From Meiothermus sp. (GTDB lineage: Bacteria; Deinococcota; Deinococci; Deinococcales; Thermaceae): 53,156 nucleotides of DNA. A model generated the notes under the pieces. That model saw only the letters and a program-made list of their open reading frames with translations. It was not told where the DNA came from and made no database searches. Positions 1-8,749 of the stretch are shown piece by piece (within the stretch, counting starts at the first letter, position 1; every line of letters begins with the position of its first letter). The DNA lies in the NCBI GenBank assembly GCA_033762915.1, contig JANRLD010000033.1:1-53156 (forward strand). Reading direction: 5' to 3'. A program made the position numbers and the translations under genes.

Positions 1-77
1 GAGGTGGCTACGACTGCCGAACTTAGCCCAAGTTACATTTTTGGTTTATGCTAGGGCCGGGTTAGGAAACCGTTTAT

Positions 78-1082
78 ATGTGGGCTTATACAGGTCGAAG
101 GCTGTTGGGGCTTATCCCGGTGTTGGTCGGCATCTCGCTGGCGGTGTTTTTATTCTTACACCTTATCCCTGGTGACCCGGCGGTGGTGATCCTGGGCGAG
201 CGCGGCACCCCCGATAAGGTCGCCGAGCTGCGGACCCAGTTGGGCCTGGACAGGCCCCTTTGGGAGCAGTACTTCATCTTCGCCAAGAACCTGCTGACCG
301 GCAACCTGGGTACCAGCATCCTCAGCCTGGTGCCGGTCAGCGACGAGCTGGCCAAGCGCTGGCCCGCCACCTTCGAGCTGGCCCTGGCGGCGATGCTCTT
401 CGCCACCGCCCTGGGGGTTCCGCTGGGCATCCTGGCGGCGGTGCGAAAGAACTCGCTGTTCGACAACTTCTCCACCATCTTCTCGCTGGTGGGGGTCTCG
501 CTGCCGGTGTTCTGGCTGGGCCTGCTGCTGGCCTACCTGTTCGCGGTTAACCTCCAGTGGCTGCCGGCCGGGGGGCGGGTCTCGGTGGACGTGGACACCT
601 ACTTCCGCCCCATCACCGGCTTCTTCGTCCTCGACGCGCTGTTCCAGCCCAGGGCCTTCCCCGACGTGCTCAAGCACATCATCCTCCCGGCGGTTACCCT
701 TGGAACCATCCCCCTCGCTATCCTGACCCGCATCACCCGCAGCGCGATGCTCGAGGTGCTTAACCAAGACTATGTGCGCACGGCACGTGCCAAGGGGCTC
801 TTGGAGCGCATCGTGGTGTGGCGCCACGCCTTCAAGAACGCCCTGCTCCCGGTCATCACCATCATCGGCCTCCAGTTCGGGACGCTGCTGGGGGGGGCAA
901 TTCTCACCGAGACCATCTTTAGCTGGCCTGGCATCGGCTCCTACATCTATCAGGGCATCGAGAACCGCGACTACCCCATCGTCCAGGGCGGCGTGGTGCT
1001 GGTGGCCCTGATCTTCGCCCTAGTCAACCTGGCCGTCGACCTCACCTACGCACTCTTCGACCCGAGGATTCAGTACAGGTAG
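78..1082 (+). CDS. dppB: Peptide/nickel ABC transporter permease (DppB/OppB family)
   Basis: 334 aa. N-terminal 'IPGDPA' motif, hydrophobic helices, EAA-type loop 'DYVRTARAKGL', C-terminal 'DPRI'. Confidence 0.92.
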   Translation: MWAYTGRRLLGLIPVLVGISLAVFLFLHLIPGDPAVVILGERGTPDKVAELRTQLGLDRPLWEQYFIFAKNLLTGNLGTSILSLVPVSDELAKRWPATFELALAAMLFATALGVPLGILAAVRKNSLFDNFSTIFSLVGVSLPVFWLGLLLAYLFAVNLQWLPAGGRVSVDVDTYFRPITGFFVLDALFQPRAFPDVLKHIILPAVTLGTIPLAILTRITRSAMLEVLNQDYVRTARAKGLLERIVVWRHAFKNALLPVITIIGLQFGTLLGGAILTETIFSWPGIGSYIYQGIENRDYPIVQGGVVLVALIFALVNLAVDLTYALFDPRIQYR

Positions 1083-1244
1083 GGCGGGGAAGAGGGGAGA
1101 GGAACTGGGCAGAAGCCTGTGTGAACCTTTTCTGCCTTGGCTAAACCACAGGCCCTTCTCTGCTTCCCTTGATCGCCCATCGGCACCCCTGAGATCGCTA
1201 TTCCGCCTTTCCTGCTTGCTCTTTCCCACGCTTCCGGAGATTCT

Positions 1245-2135
1245 ATGTCCGCCACCCTATCCACCAAAACCAAACCCGCCCTCCGCGACACCCCGACCGC
1301 GCTGGCGCTGCGGCGGTTCATGAAGTCCACCTCGGGGCGGATCGGACTGGTCCTGACGGTGTTTCTGGTACTGGCGGCGCTTTTGGCCCCGGTGCTGCGC
1401 CCCTACGACCCCACCACCGACCGCAACTACACCCTATTGAAAAAGCCCCCGTCGGCGGAGCACGTCTTCGGCACCGACAACCTCGGGCGCGATGTGTTTA
1501 CCCGGGTGTGGCACGGCACCCGCATCTCCTTGCAGGTCGGCGTGATCTCGGTGGCGCTGAGCCTGCTGGTCGGTACGCTGCTGGGCCTGCTGGCCGGTTT
1601 TTACCGGGGCTGGGTGGAGGGGGTGATTGACTGGGTGACCAACATCCTGCTGGCCTTCCCCAGCGTGCTGCTGGCCATTGCGATTGTGGCGGTGCTCGGG
1701 CCGGGGCTGGTCAACACCATGATCGCGGTGAGCATCACCGCCATCCCGGTCTATATCCGCCTGACCCGAAGCGTGATCCTGTCCACTCGAGAGCTCGACT
1801 ATGTGCAGGCTGCTACCGCCCTGGGGGCCAGGGACAGCCGAATCCTGGCACGCCACCTGCTGCCCAGCGCGCTGCCGGCGCTGGTGGTGCAGGCCACCCT
1901 CTCCATCGGGACAGCCACCCTCGAGACTGCGGCGCTGGGCTTCCTGGGTCTGGGCGCACAGCCCCCCACACCCGAGTGGGGCTCGATGCTCTCTGACGCC
2001 TTCCGTCAGGGTCACTGGACAGGCTCGCCGTGGATGATGATTTTCCCCGGCGGGATGATCATGCTGATGGTGCTGGCGTTCAACCTGCTGGGCGACGGCC
2101 TGCGCGACGCGCTCGACCCCAGGGCGCTGCGCTGA
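1245..2135 (+). CDS. dppC: Peptide/nickel ABC transporter permease (DppC/OppC family)
   Basis: 'FGTDNLGRDVF', 'DYVQAATALGA', 'PPTPEWG' and 'GDGLRDALDPR' motifs; follows dppB. Confidence 0.92.
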   Translation: MSATLSTKTKPALRDTPTALALRRFMKSTSGRIGLVLTVFLVLAALLAPVLRPYDPTTDRNYTLLKKPPSAEHVFGTDNLGRDVFTRVWHGTRISLQVGVISVALSLLVGTLLGLLAGFYRGWVEGVIDWVTNILLAFPSVLLAIAIVAVLGPGLVNTMIAVSITAIPVYIRLTRSVILSTRELDYVQAATALGARDSRILARHLLPSALPALVVQATLSIGTATLETAALGFLGLGAQPPTPEWGSMLSDAFRQGHWTGSPWMMIFPGGMIMLMVLAFNLLGDGLRDALDPRALR

Positions 2136-2198
2136 GGGGTGAGGTGGAGAGTTGAGGGGCAGGAGACAGCCAGTGGGGTGGGCTGTGCCCACCGATCC

Positions 2199-2765
2199 TT
2201 ATAGCGCCTCGAGCAGCCCCTGCACCTTCTCCCAGACCTCTAGACCCTTGGGGCTGAGGCTGTAGCTGGGCCGTTTTTCGCCCTGCCGCTCGAGCAGCCC
2301 GGCCCCCTCGAGGTCGGCCAGGGCCAGTGCGACGGCCCTGGGGGAGACGCCGGGAAGCAGCGATTGGAGTTGCGAGAACCGGGCCTGACCTTGGCCGACC
2401 AGCCACAGGGTGGGGAGGCTCCATTTGTTGAGGGCGGCGTCTTCGACCTGATGGGTCTTGAGCAGATGTAGGAGGCGGGTCAGCGCTTGGGCGATGCCCT
2501 CGCCCTCCAGCGTTAGCAGGTACTCCGGCCGCAGTGGGTGGCCGTAGCCGGGGTTTTTCTCGACGTAGCCCAGCTCGATCAGCCCGCCCAGGGTGCGGCT
2601 GAGGGCGTCGCGGCTGAGGCCCAGGCGGCCCACCAGCAGCACGAATTTCGCGCCCTGCTCGAGCCACAGCAGGCTTAGCACCGGCAGTGACCAACGCCAG
2701 TGGAGCAGCCGGGCAAGGGCAAGGGCTTTCTGTGAAACCGAGGAATCAAATTTAGGTATTGACAT
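2199..2765 (-). CDS. Tandem HxlR/DUF24-type winged-helix transcriptional regulator
   Basis: Two repeated units ('RWSLPVL...LSRTLGGLIELGYVEK...EYLLTLEG' and 'KWSLPTL...VSPRAVALALADLEGAGLLER...YSLSPKG'). ATG at 2765 chosen; start uncertain. Confidence 0.8.
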   Translation of the reverse strand: MSIPKFDSSVSQKALALARLLHWRWSLPVLSLLWLEQGAKFVLLVGRLGLSRDALSRTLGGLIELGYVEKNPGYGHPLRPEYLLTLEGEGIAQALTRLLHLLKTHQVEDAALNKWSLPTLWLVGQGQARFSQLQSLLPGVSPRAVALALADLEGAGLLERQGEKRPSYSLSPKGLEVWEKVQGLLEAL

Positions 2766-2776
2766 AACGGGGCGTT

Positions 2777-2792
2777 TACTATAAAAATAGTA
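2777..2792. promoter_or_regulatory. Palindromic operator TACTAT-AAAA-ATAGTA between the divergent HxlR and VOC genes
   Basis: Perfect 6-bp inverted repeat just downstream of TTGACA (2759-2764), in the short divergent region. Confidence 0.55.
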
Positions 2793-2812
2793 CCTTGAAA
2801 GGAGCACCACTT

Positions 2813-3220
2813 ATGGAAGCCACCCTACTTTCCAAGAGCGCCCAGCAGATGCACTACCAGAACAGCCTGACCCTGGCGGTCAACGTCAGCGACTTCGAGG
2901 CCGCCAAGCGCTGGTACGGCGAGGTCTTGGGCCTCGAGTTCGTCTACGAGATCACCGAGATTGCCTGGGCCGAGTTCAAGACGCCGGTCGCTGGCATGAC
3001 CCTGGGGGTCTCGGGGGTCGAGACGGTTAATGCAGGGGGCAGCATCGTGCCCACCTGGGGGGTTTCCGACATCGAGCAGGCTCGAGCCCACCTCGAGGCC
3101 CACCGGGTACGCTTCGACGGCCCCACCCAGACCGTGGCGGGCATGGTTAAGCTGGCCACCTTCTACGACCCCGACGGCAACCCCTTCATGCTGGCCGAGA
3201 CCCTACCGGCCCAGCAGTAA
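2813..3220 (+). CDS. VOC (glyoxalase/bleomycin-resistance) family protein
   Basis: 'VSDFEAAKRWYGEVLGL' and 'FYDPDGNPFML' motifs; RBS AAAGGAG before ATG 2813. Confidence 0.88.
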   Translation: MEATLLSKSAQQMHYQNSLTLAVNVSDFEAAKRWYGEVLGLEFVYEITEIAWAEFKTPVAGMTLGVSGVETVNAGGSIVPTWGVSDIEQARAHLEAHRVRFDGPTQTVAGMVKLATFYDPDGNPFMLAETLPAQQ

Positions 3221-3240
3221 GCGCCTTTACCCTCCTCTCG

Positions 3241-3263
3241 CCCGGCCTACATGGCCGGGTTTT
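3241..3263 (+). terminator. Intrinsic terminator after the VOC gene
   Basis: CCCGGCC-tacat-GGCCGGG followed by TTTT. Confidence 0.6.
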
Positions 3264-3323
3264 AGCGTTGAGTGTTTTTTTACTCGAGGGGCCTTCCTCC
3301 TTAACCTCGAGTAGCATTAAGAC

Positions 3324-4394
3324 ATGAAGCACTGGATCGGCCTCCTGGCTATTGTGTTGACCGCCTGCGTGCCGCAACAAGCCGCGCCGCAGCCCTACAC
3401 GGTGAGTGAGCTGCAAGTACTGTTCCCCAACGTCACCGAGCGCTGGGTCAGCTTCGACGGCGGCGAGCAGACGGTGAAACTGGATAACACCAACCTGGCC
3501 CTGAAGAAAAGCCTGGACGGGCGTACCGAACTGGTCGGCGGCCTGTTCGTAAATGGCCAGGCCTGGCTGACCGAGACCTCCCCGGCCCAGCCCGGCGTGG
3601 CGCGGGCCTCGAGGGTCTTCCCCGGACAGCAGTACGCGCTGGTTAATAGCCGTGCGGTGCTGAGCGCGTGGCTCTTCGACGGCTTGAGCGGCGGCTGGGT
3701 GCAGTTGGGTGGCGGCCTGCTGACCAGCTCGAGCCGCCAACTGGTGGACCCCCGACCCGGCAACCCCAGCTTTGCCAGCTTGACCCAGGCCGAGACCAGC
3801 CTGCTGCTGCGCGAGGTGTTGGGCCGCCGCAACGGCCAGCAGGTGGTGCTCTATGAAGTCGAGCCCCCACTCCCACGGCTGCGCTTCGAGCCCGCCCCCG
3901 CCCAGTACAAAGTCGCCGCCTTCGCCGTACAGTACGGCCTGGAGACCGAGTTCGTGAATAATCCCCGCCCCAACCAGCCAAGCCAGCCCCTCCTTACCAG
4001 CCGCACCCTCCAGCAGGGCGGGAACTCTGCCTACAGCCAGACCAGCGCCACCGCTTATCTGGTCAGCACCGTAAGCCAGCTGAACACCGTCTGGCAGCTG
4101 GCGTTGGGCAACCAAGTGCCCGTACCCCCAGCGCCTGCCGTCAATTTTGCCCAGAGCCGGGTGGTGGCCTTCTTCTGGGGCCAGAAGAGCAGCGGCGGCT
4201 ACGCCATACAGGTGGTCGGTACCCAGTTTAGCGGCACCACCCTGCGCGTGACCCTCAACCTCCGCAGCCCCGAGCCCGGGGCCATCACCACCCAGGCCCT
4301 GACCAGCCCGTTCGTGCTCCTCGAGGTCTCTGGCCGCCCCTCGAGGGTGGAGTTCGTAGATGGCAGTGGTCGGGTGCTGGCCGCAGCCAACTAA
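3324..4394 (+). CDS. Lipoprotein with C-terminal PrcB-like (protease complex subunit) domain
   Basis: Lipobox LTAC. The C-terminal 'VVAFFWGQKSSGGYAIQV...PGAITTQALTSPFVLLEV' segment resembles PrcB_C. Confidence 0.75.
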   Translation: MKHWIGLLAIVLTACVPQQAAPQPYTVSELQVLFPNVTERWVSFDGGEQTVKLDNTNLALKKSLDGRTELVGGLFVNGQAWLTETSPAQPGVARASRVFPGQQYALVNSRAVLSAWLFDGLSGGWVQLGGGLLTSSSRQLVDPRPGNPSFASLTQAETSLLLREVLGRRNGQQVVLYEVEPPLPRLRFEPAPAQYKVAAFAVQYGLETEFVNNPRPNQPSQPLLTSRTLQQGGNSAYSQTSATAYLVSTVSQLNTVWQLALGNQVPVPPAPAVNFAQSRVVAFFWGQKSSGGYAIQVVGTQFSGTTLRVTLNLRSPEPGAITTQALTSPFVLLEVSGRPSRVEFVDGSGRVLAAAN

Positions 4395-4438
4395 AGGGTG
4401 GGGTAAGGGTAGCGCTTACGCCTTACCTTGCCCGCCGG

Positions 4439-4717
4439 TCAGGCCCCGCCGATGTTGAAACCCTGCTCCAGGAGCTTGTTGGAGAAGGTTCGGAAGGCCA
4501 GCATGGTCTGGGTTTTCTGGATGCCCTTCAGCTTGCGGAGGCCGAGGGTCACGATGTCGTCGAGCTGCTCGAAGTCGGCAAAGCGAAGGATGGCCACCAG
4601 GTCGTACTCGCCGGTGACGGAGTAGACCTCGGCCACGCCGGGGATCTCGGCGACGGCCTCGGCGGTTTCGGCGGTGGACTCGCGGCTGGTCTGAATCAGC
4701 ACGAAGGCGGTGATCAT
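4439..4717 (-). CDS. Stand-alone Lrp/AsnC ligand-binding (RAM) domain protein
   Basis: 92 aa, 'MITAFVLI...IPGVAEVYSVTGEYDLVAI...TQTMLAF'; no HTH. Confidence 0.88.
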   Translation of the reverse strand: MITAFVLIQTSRESTAETAEAVAEIPGVAEVYSVTGEYDLVAILRFADFEQLDDIVTLGLRKLKGIQKTQTMLAFRTFSNKLLEQGFNIGGA

Positions 4718-4782
4718 AGCCGAAGTTTACCCCCTGTGGGGGCTAACCGGGTCGGGTCGGTCGGGTCGGCCCTCGAGGTACT

Positions 4783-4941
4783 TAAGTTGCGCCAGGGTAG
4801 AAGTGCGGAATCGGCGGAAGCAACAAATACGTGTCTGGGCGGCGTGGCGTGCGCCATAGCCGCGGAGCGGCTACCCAGGGCGGCGTGGCTTGCGCCATAG
4901 CTGCGGGGCGGCATTTCGCAGTTAAACCCTGCAGACACTTA
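4783..4941 (+). mobile_element. Modular MITE/BOX-like element, copy 1
   Basis: Starts TAAGTTGCGCCAGGG, ends GCAGACACTTA; about 1.7 internal ~41-bp units; homologous to 17311, 25201, 8470 and 53021. Confidence 0.75.
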
Positions 4942-4961
4942 ATTCGGACTCTGGAAATGCC

Positions 4962-5675
4962 TCAGAGTCCAGCGTCCGTCCCCGTTCCAACCTCCAAAAC
5001 CAGTTGCGGCCTGAACCGCACCACATCCGCAGATACAAAGTGCAGGGGGACGCCGTTCCACTCCCGGGGCAGCAGCTCGGGGTTGGCCCCGTGGAGGTGG
5101 CCGTAGACCACGCAGGTGGGCTTGTACTGGTCGATCAGCTCGGTGAATCCGGTCGCACCCTGCCAGCCGAAGGGGGGGTAGTGCAGGGCCAGGATGAGGT
5201 GCTCGTAGTCGTGGCCCTGCACCGACTTGAGCGAGAGCGAGAGGCGCTCTATCTCTCGCCGGTAAATCTTCTCGTCCTCCTCGGTGAAGCCGTAGCCGCC
5301 GGGGCAGTCCCAGCCCCTGGTTCCCGCGATGGCCAGGCTGCCAATCATCAGCGAGTCGTGTTGGAGGGCGTGCATCCGGGGCGGGAGGGCCTGGCGCAGC
5401 TTGGAGATAGAGGGCCACCAGTAGTCGTGGTTGCCCCGCAACAGCACTTTGGTTCCCGGCAGGGCGGCGATGTCCCCCAGGTCGGCCATCGCCTCGCGGA
5501 GCCGCATGGCCCAGGAGATGTCGCCCGCTACAATCACCAGATCGTCGTCGGAAACCACTGCCCGCCACTCCTCGAACACCGCCTCGGGGTGGGGGTCCCA
5601 TCCCGCCCCGAAGATGTTCATGGGCTTGGGGAAGGCTTTGGAGAGGTGGATGTCGGCGATGGCGAAGACGCGCAT
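4962..5675 (-). CDS. Calcineurin-like metallophosphoesterase
   Basis: Motifs 'ADIHLS', 'AGDIS', 'GNHD', 'HYPP' and 'YGHLH'. Confidence 0.9.
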   Translation of the reverse strand: MRVFAIADIHLSKAFPKPMNIFGAGWDPHPEAVFEEWRAVVSDDDLVIVAGDISWAMRLREAMADLGDIAALPGTKVLLRGNHDYWWPSISKLRQALPPRMHALQHDSLMIGSLAIAGTRGWDCPGGYGFTEEDEKIYRREIERLSLSLKSVQGHDYEHLILALHYPPFGWQGATGFTELIDQYKPTCVVYGHLHGANPELLPREWNGVPLHFVSADVVRFRPQLVLEVGTGTDAGL

Positions 5676-5794
5676 GGGCGTTTAGTAGTGTAAAGCGAAC
5701 GGGGGGCGCTGAACAGATTGGCGGGCCGCAGATTTTGTGTACAATGGCCGCTTGGTGGGCCGAAAACCGGCCCGTAAAGGAGTCCGAGAGTCAC

Positions 5795-6913
5795 ATGCCG
5801 AACCTCGCCGTAGGAATTGTCGGGCTGCCCAACGTGGGCAAGTCCACGCTGTTCAACGCCATCACCAAGGCCGGGGTTCTGGCCGCCAACTACCCTTTCG
5901 CCACCATCACCGCCAACAAGGGCGTGGTCACGCTCAAGGACGATCGCCTGCTGGCGCTGCAGAAGCTTTTCATCAAGGGCGAGCGGGTGCCGCCGCTGGT
6001 GCCGGCCTATGTCGAATTCGTGGACATCGCGGGCCTAGTCAAGGGGGCACACAAGGGCGAGGGGCGCGGCAACGACTTCCTCGATGACATCCGCCAGGTG
6101 GCAGCCATCGCCCACGTGGTGCGCTGCTTCGACGACCCCAACGTGGTGCACGTGTCGGGACAGGTGGACCCGGCCGACGACCTCGAGACCATTAATTTCG
6201 AGCTGGCTCTGGCCGATATGCAGAGCCTCGAGAAGCGCCTGGATAAGCTGCGCCGCAGTGCCAAGGGCAGCAAGGATGACGAAGCCAAGCTCAAGGCCAT
6301 AGAGCCGCTGCTGGGCCACCTGGGCAAGGGACTGCCCGCCCGCACCTTCACTGACGCCGACCCCGAGGGGCTGGCGATGGTGCTCAAGGAGATGGGGCTG
6401 GTGACGGCCAAGCCGATGATCTACGTCTGCAATGTGGCCGAGGACGACCTGCCGGACGGCTCCGGCAGCGCCTACGTGGCCAAGGTGCGCGAGGTCGCGG
6501 CCCAGGAGGGCGCCGAGGTGGTGGTGATCTCGGCCAAGATCGAGAGCGAACTGGCCGAACTCGACGACGCCGAGGCGATGGAGTACCTCCAGAGCCTGGG
6601 GCTCAAGGAGTCCGGCCTGAACCGGCTGGTGCGGGTGGGCTACAAGGCGCTGGGCCTGGAGAACTTCTTCACGGCGGGCGAGAAAGAGGTGCGGGCCTGG
6701 ACGATTCGGGTGGGCACCAAGGCCCCGCAGGCGGCAGGCGAGATCCACACCGACCTCGAGCGCGGCTTCATCCGGGCCGAGGTGATCGCCTGGGACAAGC
6801 TGGTGGAGGCCGGGAGCTGGGCAGGCGGCAAGGAGCGCGGCTGGGTGCGCACCGAGGGCAAGGAGTACCTGGTGCAGGACGGCGACGTGGTCTTGATCCT
6901 GTCAGGAATCTAA
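5795..6913 (+). CDS. ychF: Redox-regulated ATPase YchF (Obg family)
   Basis: P-loop 'GLPNVGKST', 'ANYPFAT', 'DIAGLV' and TGS-domain 'AAGEIHTDLERGFIRAE'. Start at MPNL after AAGGAG. Confidence 0.95.
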   Translation: MPNLAVGIVGLPNVGKSTLFNAITKAGVLAANYPFATITANKGVVTLKDDRLLALQKLFIKGERVPPLVPAYVEFVDIAGLVKGAHKGEGRGNDFLDDIRQVAAIAHVVRCFDDPNVVHVSGQVDPADDLETINFELALADMQSLEKRLDKLRRSAKGSKDDEAKLKAIEPLLGHLGKGLPARTFTDADPEGLAMVLKEMGLVTAKPMIYVCNVAEDDLPDGSGSAYVAKVREVAAQEGAEVVVISAKIESELAELDDAEAMEYLQSLGLKESGLNRLVRVGYKALGLENFFTAGEKEVRAWTIRVGTKAPQAAGEIHTDLERGFIRAEVIAWDKLVEAGSWAGGKERGWVRTEGKEYLVQDGDVVLILSGI

Positions 6914-6970
6914 TCCGGCCAAAGTTATGATTGTGCGGATGGCGGGGGAAGCCTGATTGCGAGGAGACTT

Positions 6971-7390
6971 ATGCGATTAATGCTGCTCATACTCGCCTTC
7001 GCCGGTTTTTCCCTGGCCCAGACCAGGGTCACGGCTGAGCAGGTCAACGGCACCTGGGTAGTCGAGACCGGCCCCAACTCCACCAACACCTGGCGGGTCT
7101 GGTCGGTGGGTGAGAACCGCTACCGGGTCGAATTTTTCGGCATTATCACTTTCGGCAACCGCTTCAACTCGGGCTACGCTAGCGGCACCGTGCAATTCGT
7201 GGGCGACGTGGCCACCCTGCGCCTGCTCAACCAGCCCAACTGCGTCATCACCCTGCGCTGGATCGGGAAGGGCCGGCTCGAGGTGCGCGAGATGACCTAC
7301 CCCGCCGCCTGCGGCTTCGGCCTGAACGTCAGCTCGGAAGGGGTGTACCGCCGTACGGCGATCACCCGGCCGGTGTTCGGACGGCAATAA
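6971..7390 (+). CDS. Secreted hypothetical protein (beta-rich, two Cys)
   Basis: RBS GAGGAG; signal peptide ending 'FSLA'; no family recognised. Confidence 0.7.
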   Translation: MRLMLLILAFAGFSLAQTRVTAEQVNGTWVVETGPNSTNTWRVWSVGENRYRVEFFGIITFGNRFNSGYASGTVQFVGDVATLRLLNQPNCVITLRWIGKGRLEVREMTYPAACGFGLNVSSEGVYRRTAITRPVFGRQ

Positions 7391-7470
7391 GGGGATAAAA
7401 GTTATAGAACCAAGGTCGGATATTCAGCGCCCGACACTTTTTGGAAACCCATCAGCATCAGGCTTCTCGG

Positions 7471-7559
7471 CCCCTCATCCCAGCACTTCTCCTCGAGGGC
7501 GGGGTCGCTTGTACCAAACAAAGTCCTTGACTCATCCGGCAGAACGGTCGGATGAGGGG
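7471..7559. repeat. REP-like CCCCTCATCC inverted pair
   Basis: CCCCTCATCC at 7471 and GGATGAGGGG at 7550; related to 8601-8638. Confidence 0.5.
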
Positions 7560-7652
7560 GTTTGACCCTGCGGCAATGGGGGTCTGTAGCTGTCGGGATT
7601 TGAAGGGAGGTTGGCGGGTTTTGTCCCCTGACTTTTGGCTTTCAACATCTAT

Positions 7653-8294
7653 TCAATGGTGATGACAGTCGCACTCCGCGCCGTTGGCCTTGGCCAGGGC
7701 TTCGCGGCCTTCTTGGAAAGAGAAGTAGGCCAAGCCCAGTGCCCCCAGGCTGTCCACGAACCAGATGCCGGTGAGGTAAAAGACCGCGCTCGAGGCCAGC
7801 AGCACCGCGCTCATGTACATGCAGACTTTGGCGCAGTTGGCGTCGGCGAGGATCGCAGCGGAGCCGAGTTGGCGGCCCACCTTGGTCTTCTGGTCAATCA
7901 GCAGCCACATGAAGGCCAGCGAGATCAGCGAGATGACCACACCGGATAGGGTGGCCTCGGGCTTGTGCTGGGTGAACAGGTTGTAGAAGGCCATCAGGCT
8001 GAGGATGCCCACCAGTGCGTAAAAGCCGTAGCCGGTGATTCGCAGGGCGGCCTGCTCGAAGGGGTGCTTGGGGCTTTGTGGGCTGCGCCAGATGCGCAGC
8101 ACCATCAGCAGAATTCCCGTGCCCGAGGCCACCTCCACGAAGCTGTCCAGCCCGAAGCCGAAGAGGGTAAGGGATTCGTCGGAGGAGCCCAGCCATACCG
8201 AGAGGCTGCCCTCGAGGAGGTTGTAGGCGATCGTGAACAGGCTCAGCCAGAAGGCCCAGACGTAGAGCCGATTGAGCTGTGGGGCCAGTTGCAT
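7653..8294 (-). CDS. Cation diffusion facilitator-like transporter (TM domain only), C-terminal CDCHHH
   Basis: 'LFGFGLDSFVEVAS' and 'LGSAAILADA' motifs, six hydrophobic helices, no cytosolic CTD. Confidence 0.82.
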   Translation of the reverse strand: MQLAPQLNRLYVWAFWLSLFTIAYNLLEGSLSVWLGSSDESLTLFGFGLDSFVEVASGTGILLMVLRIWRSPQSPKHPFEQAALRITGYGFYALVGILSLMAFYNLFTQHKPEATLSGVVISLISLAFMWLLIDQKTKVGRQLGSAAILADANCAKVCMYMSAVLLASSAVFYLTGIWFVDSLGALGLAYFSFQEGREALAKANGAECDCHHH

Positions 8295-8422
8295 GGGTTG
8301 ATTATCGGCGGATCGCCACGGGACATTTGTGGGCTCTGCACTGTCGGTATCGGGAAATCAAAATCAGCGTAGTAAGAGCGGATAGCAAAGTCAAAGGCTA
8401 TAGCCAAAAGAGGACTTACGCA

Positions 8423-8638
8423 CCCTCACCAGAGGGGTCACTGCCCCTCGCCTCCTGGGAGAGAGGGTCTAAGTATCTCCATAGTGGAATTGCAGCATCC
8501 GTACTCACCGATAGATGGGCAATTGCGCCCACAAGCCGCTCGTTGATGGGGCTATGCTAAAGTCCTGCAATCTCACTATGGCGCAACTTAGCCTGTCAAA
8601 TCCCTTCTCGTGCTGGGAGAAAGGCTGGGATGAGGGGG
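8423..8638. repeat. Inverted REP-like doublet interrupted by a TAAGT element
   Basis: CCCTCACC...CCCCTCGCCTCCTGGGAGAGAGGG (8423-8467) and the opposite-orientation copy at 8601-8638. Confidence 0.5.
8470..8590 (-). mobile_element. Modular MITE/BOX-like element, copy 2 (divergent interior)
   Basis: Ends TAAGTATCTCCATAGT and ACTATGGCGCAACTTA form a 13/16 inverted repeat and match the ends of the other copies. Confidence 0.7.
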
Positions 8639-8749
8639 TTTTAGAGGGTCGGAGCATTATCGCGGGTAATTTCTAAAAAAAGCCCGCGTCCCTGCCCAAC
8701 CGCGCACTGCTTCGCATTTGCTTAACCCATTTCCTAGCACAATGAGACT

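Noticed and set aside
4835..4915. Tandem ~41-bp units as a mini CRISPR array
   Set aside because: No unique spacers and no cas genes; the units lie inside a dispersed element.
5795..6913. Divergent YchF motifs ('TITANKG', 'GRGNDFLDDIR')
   Set aside because: The core P-loop and TGS motifs are intact; I cannot show this exceeds normal family variation without an alignment.
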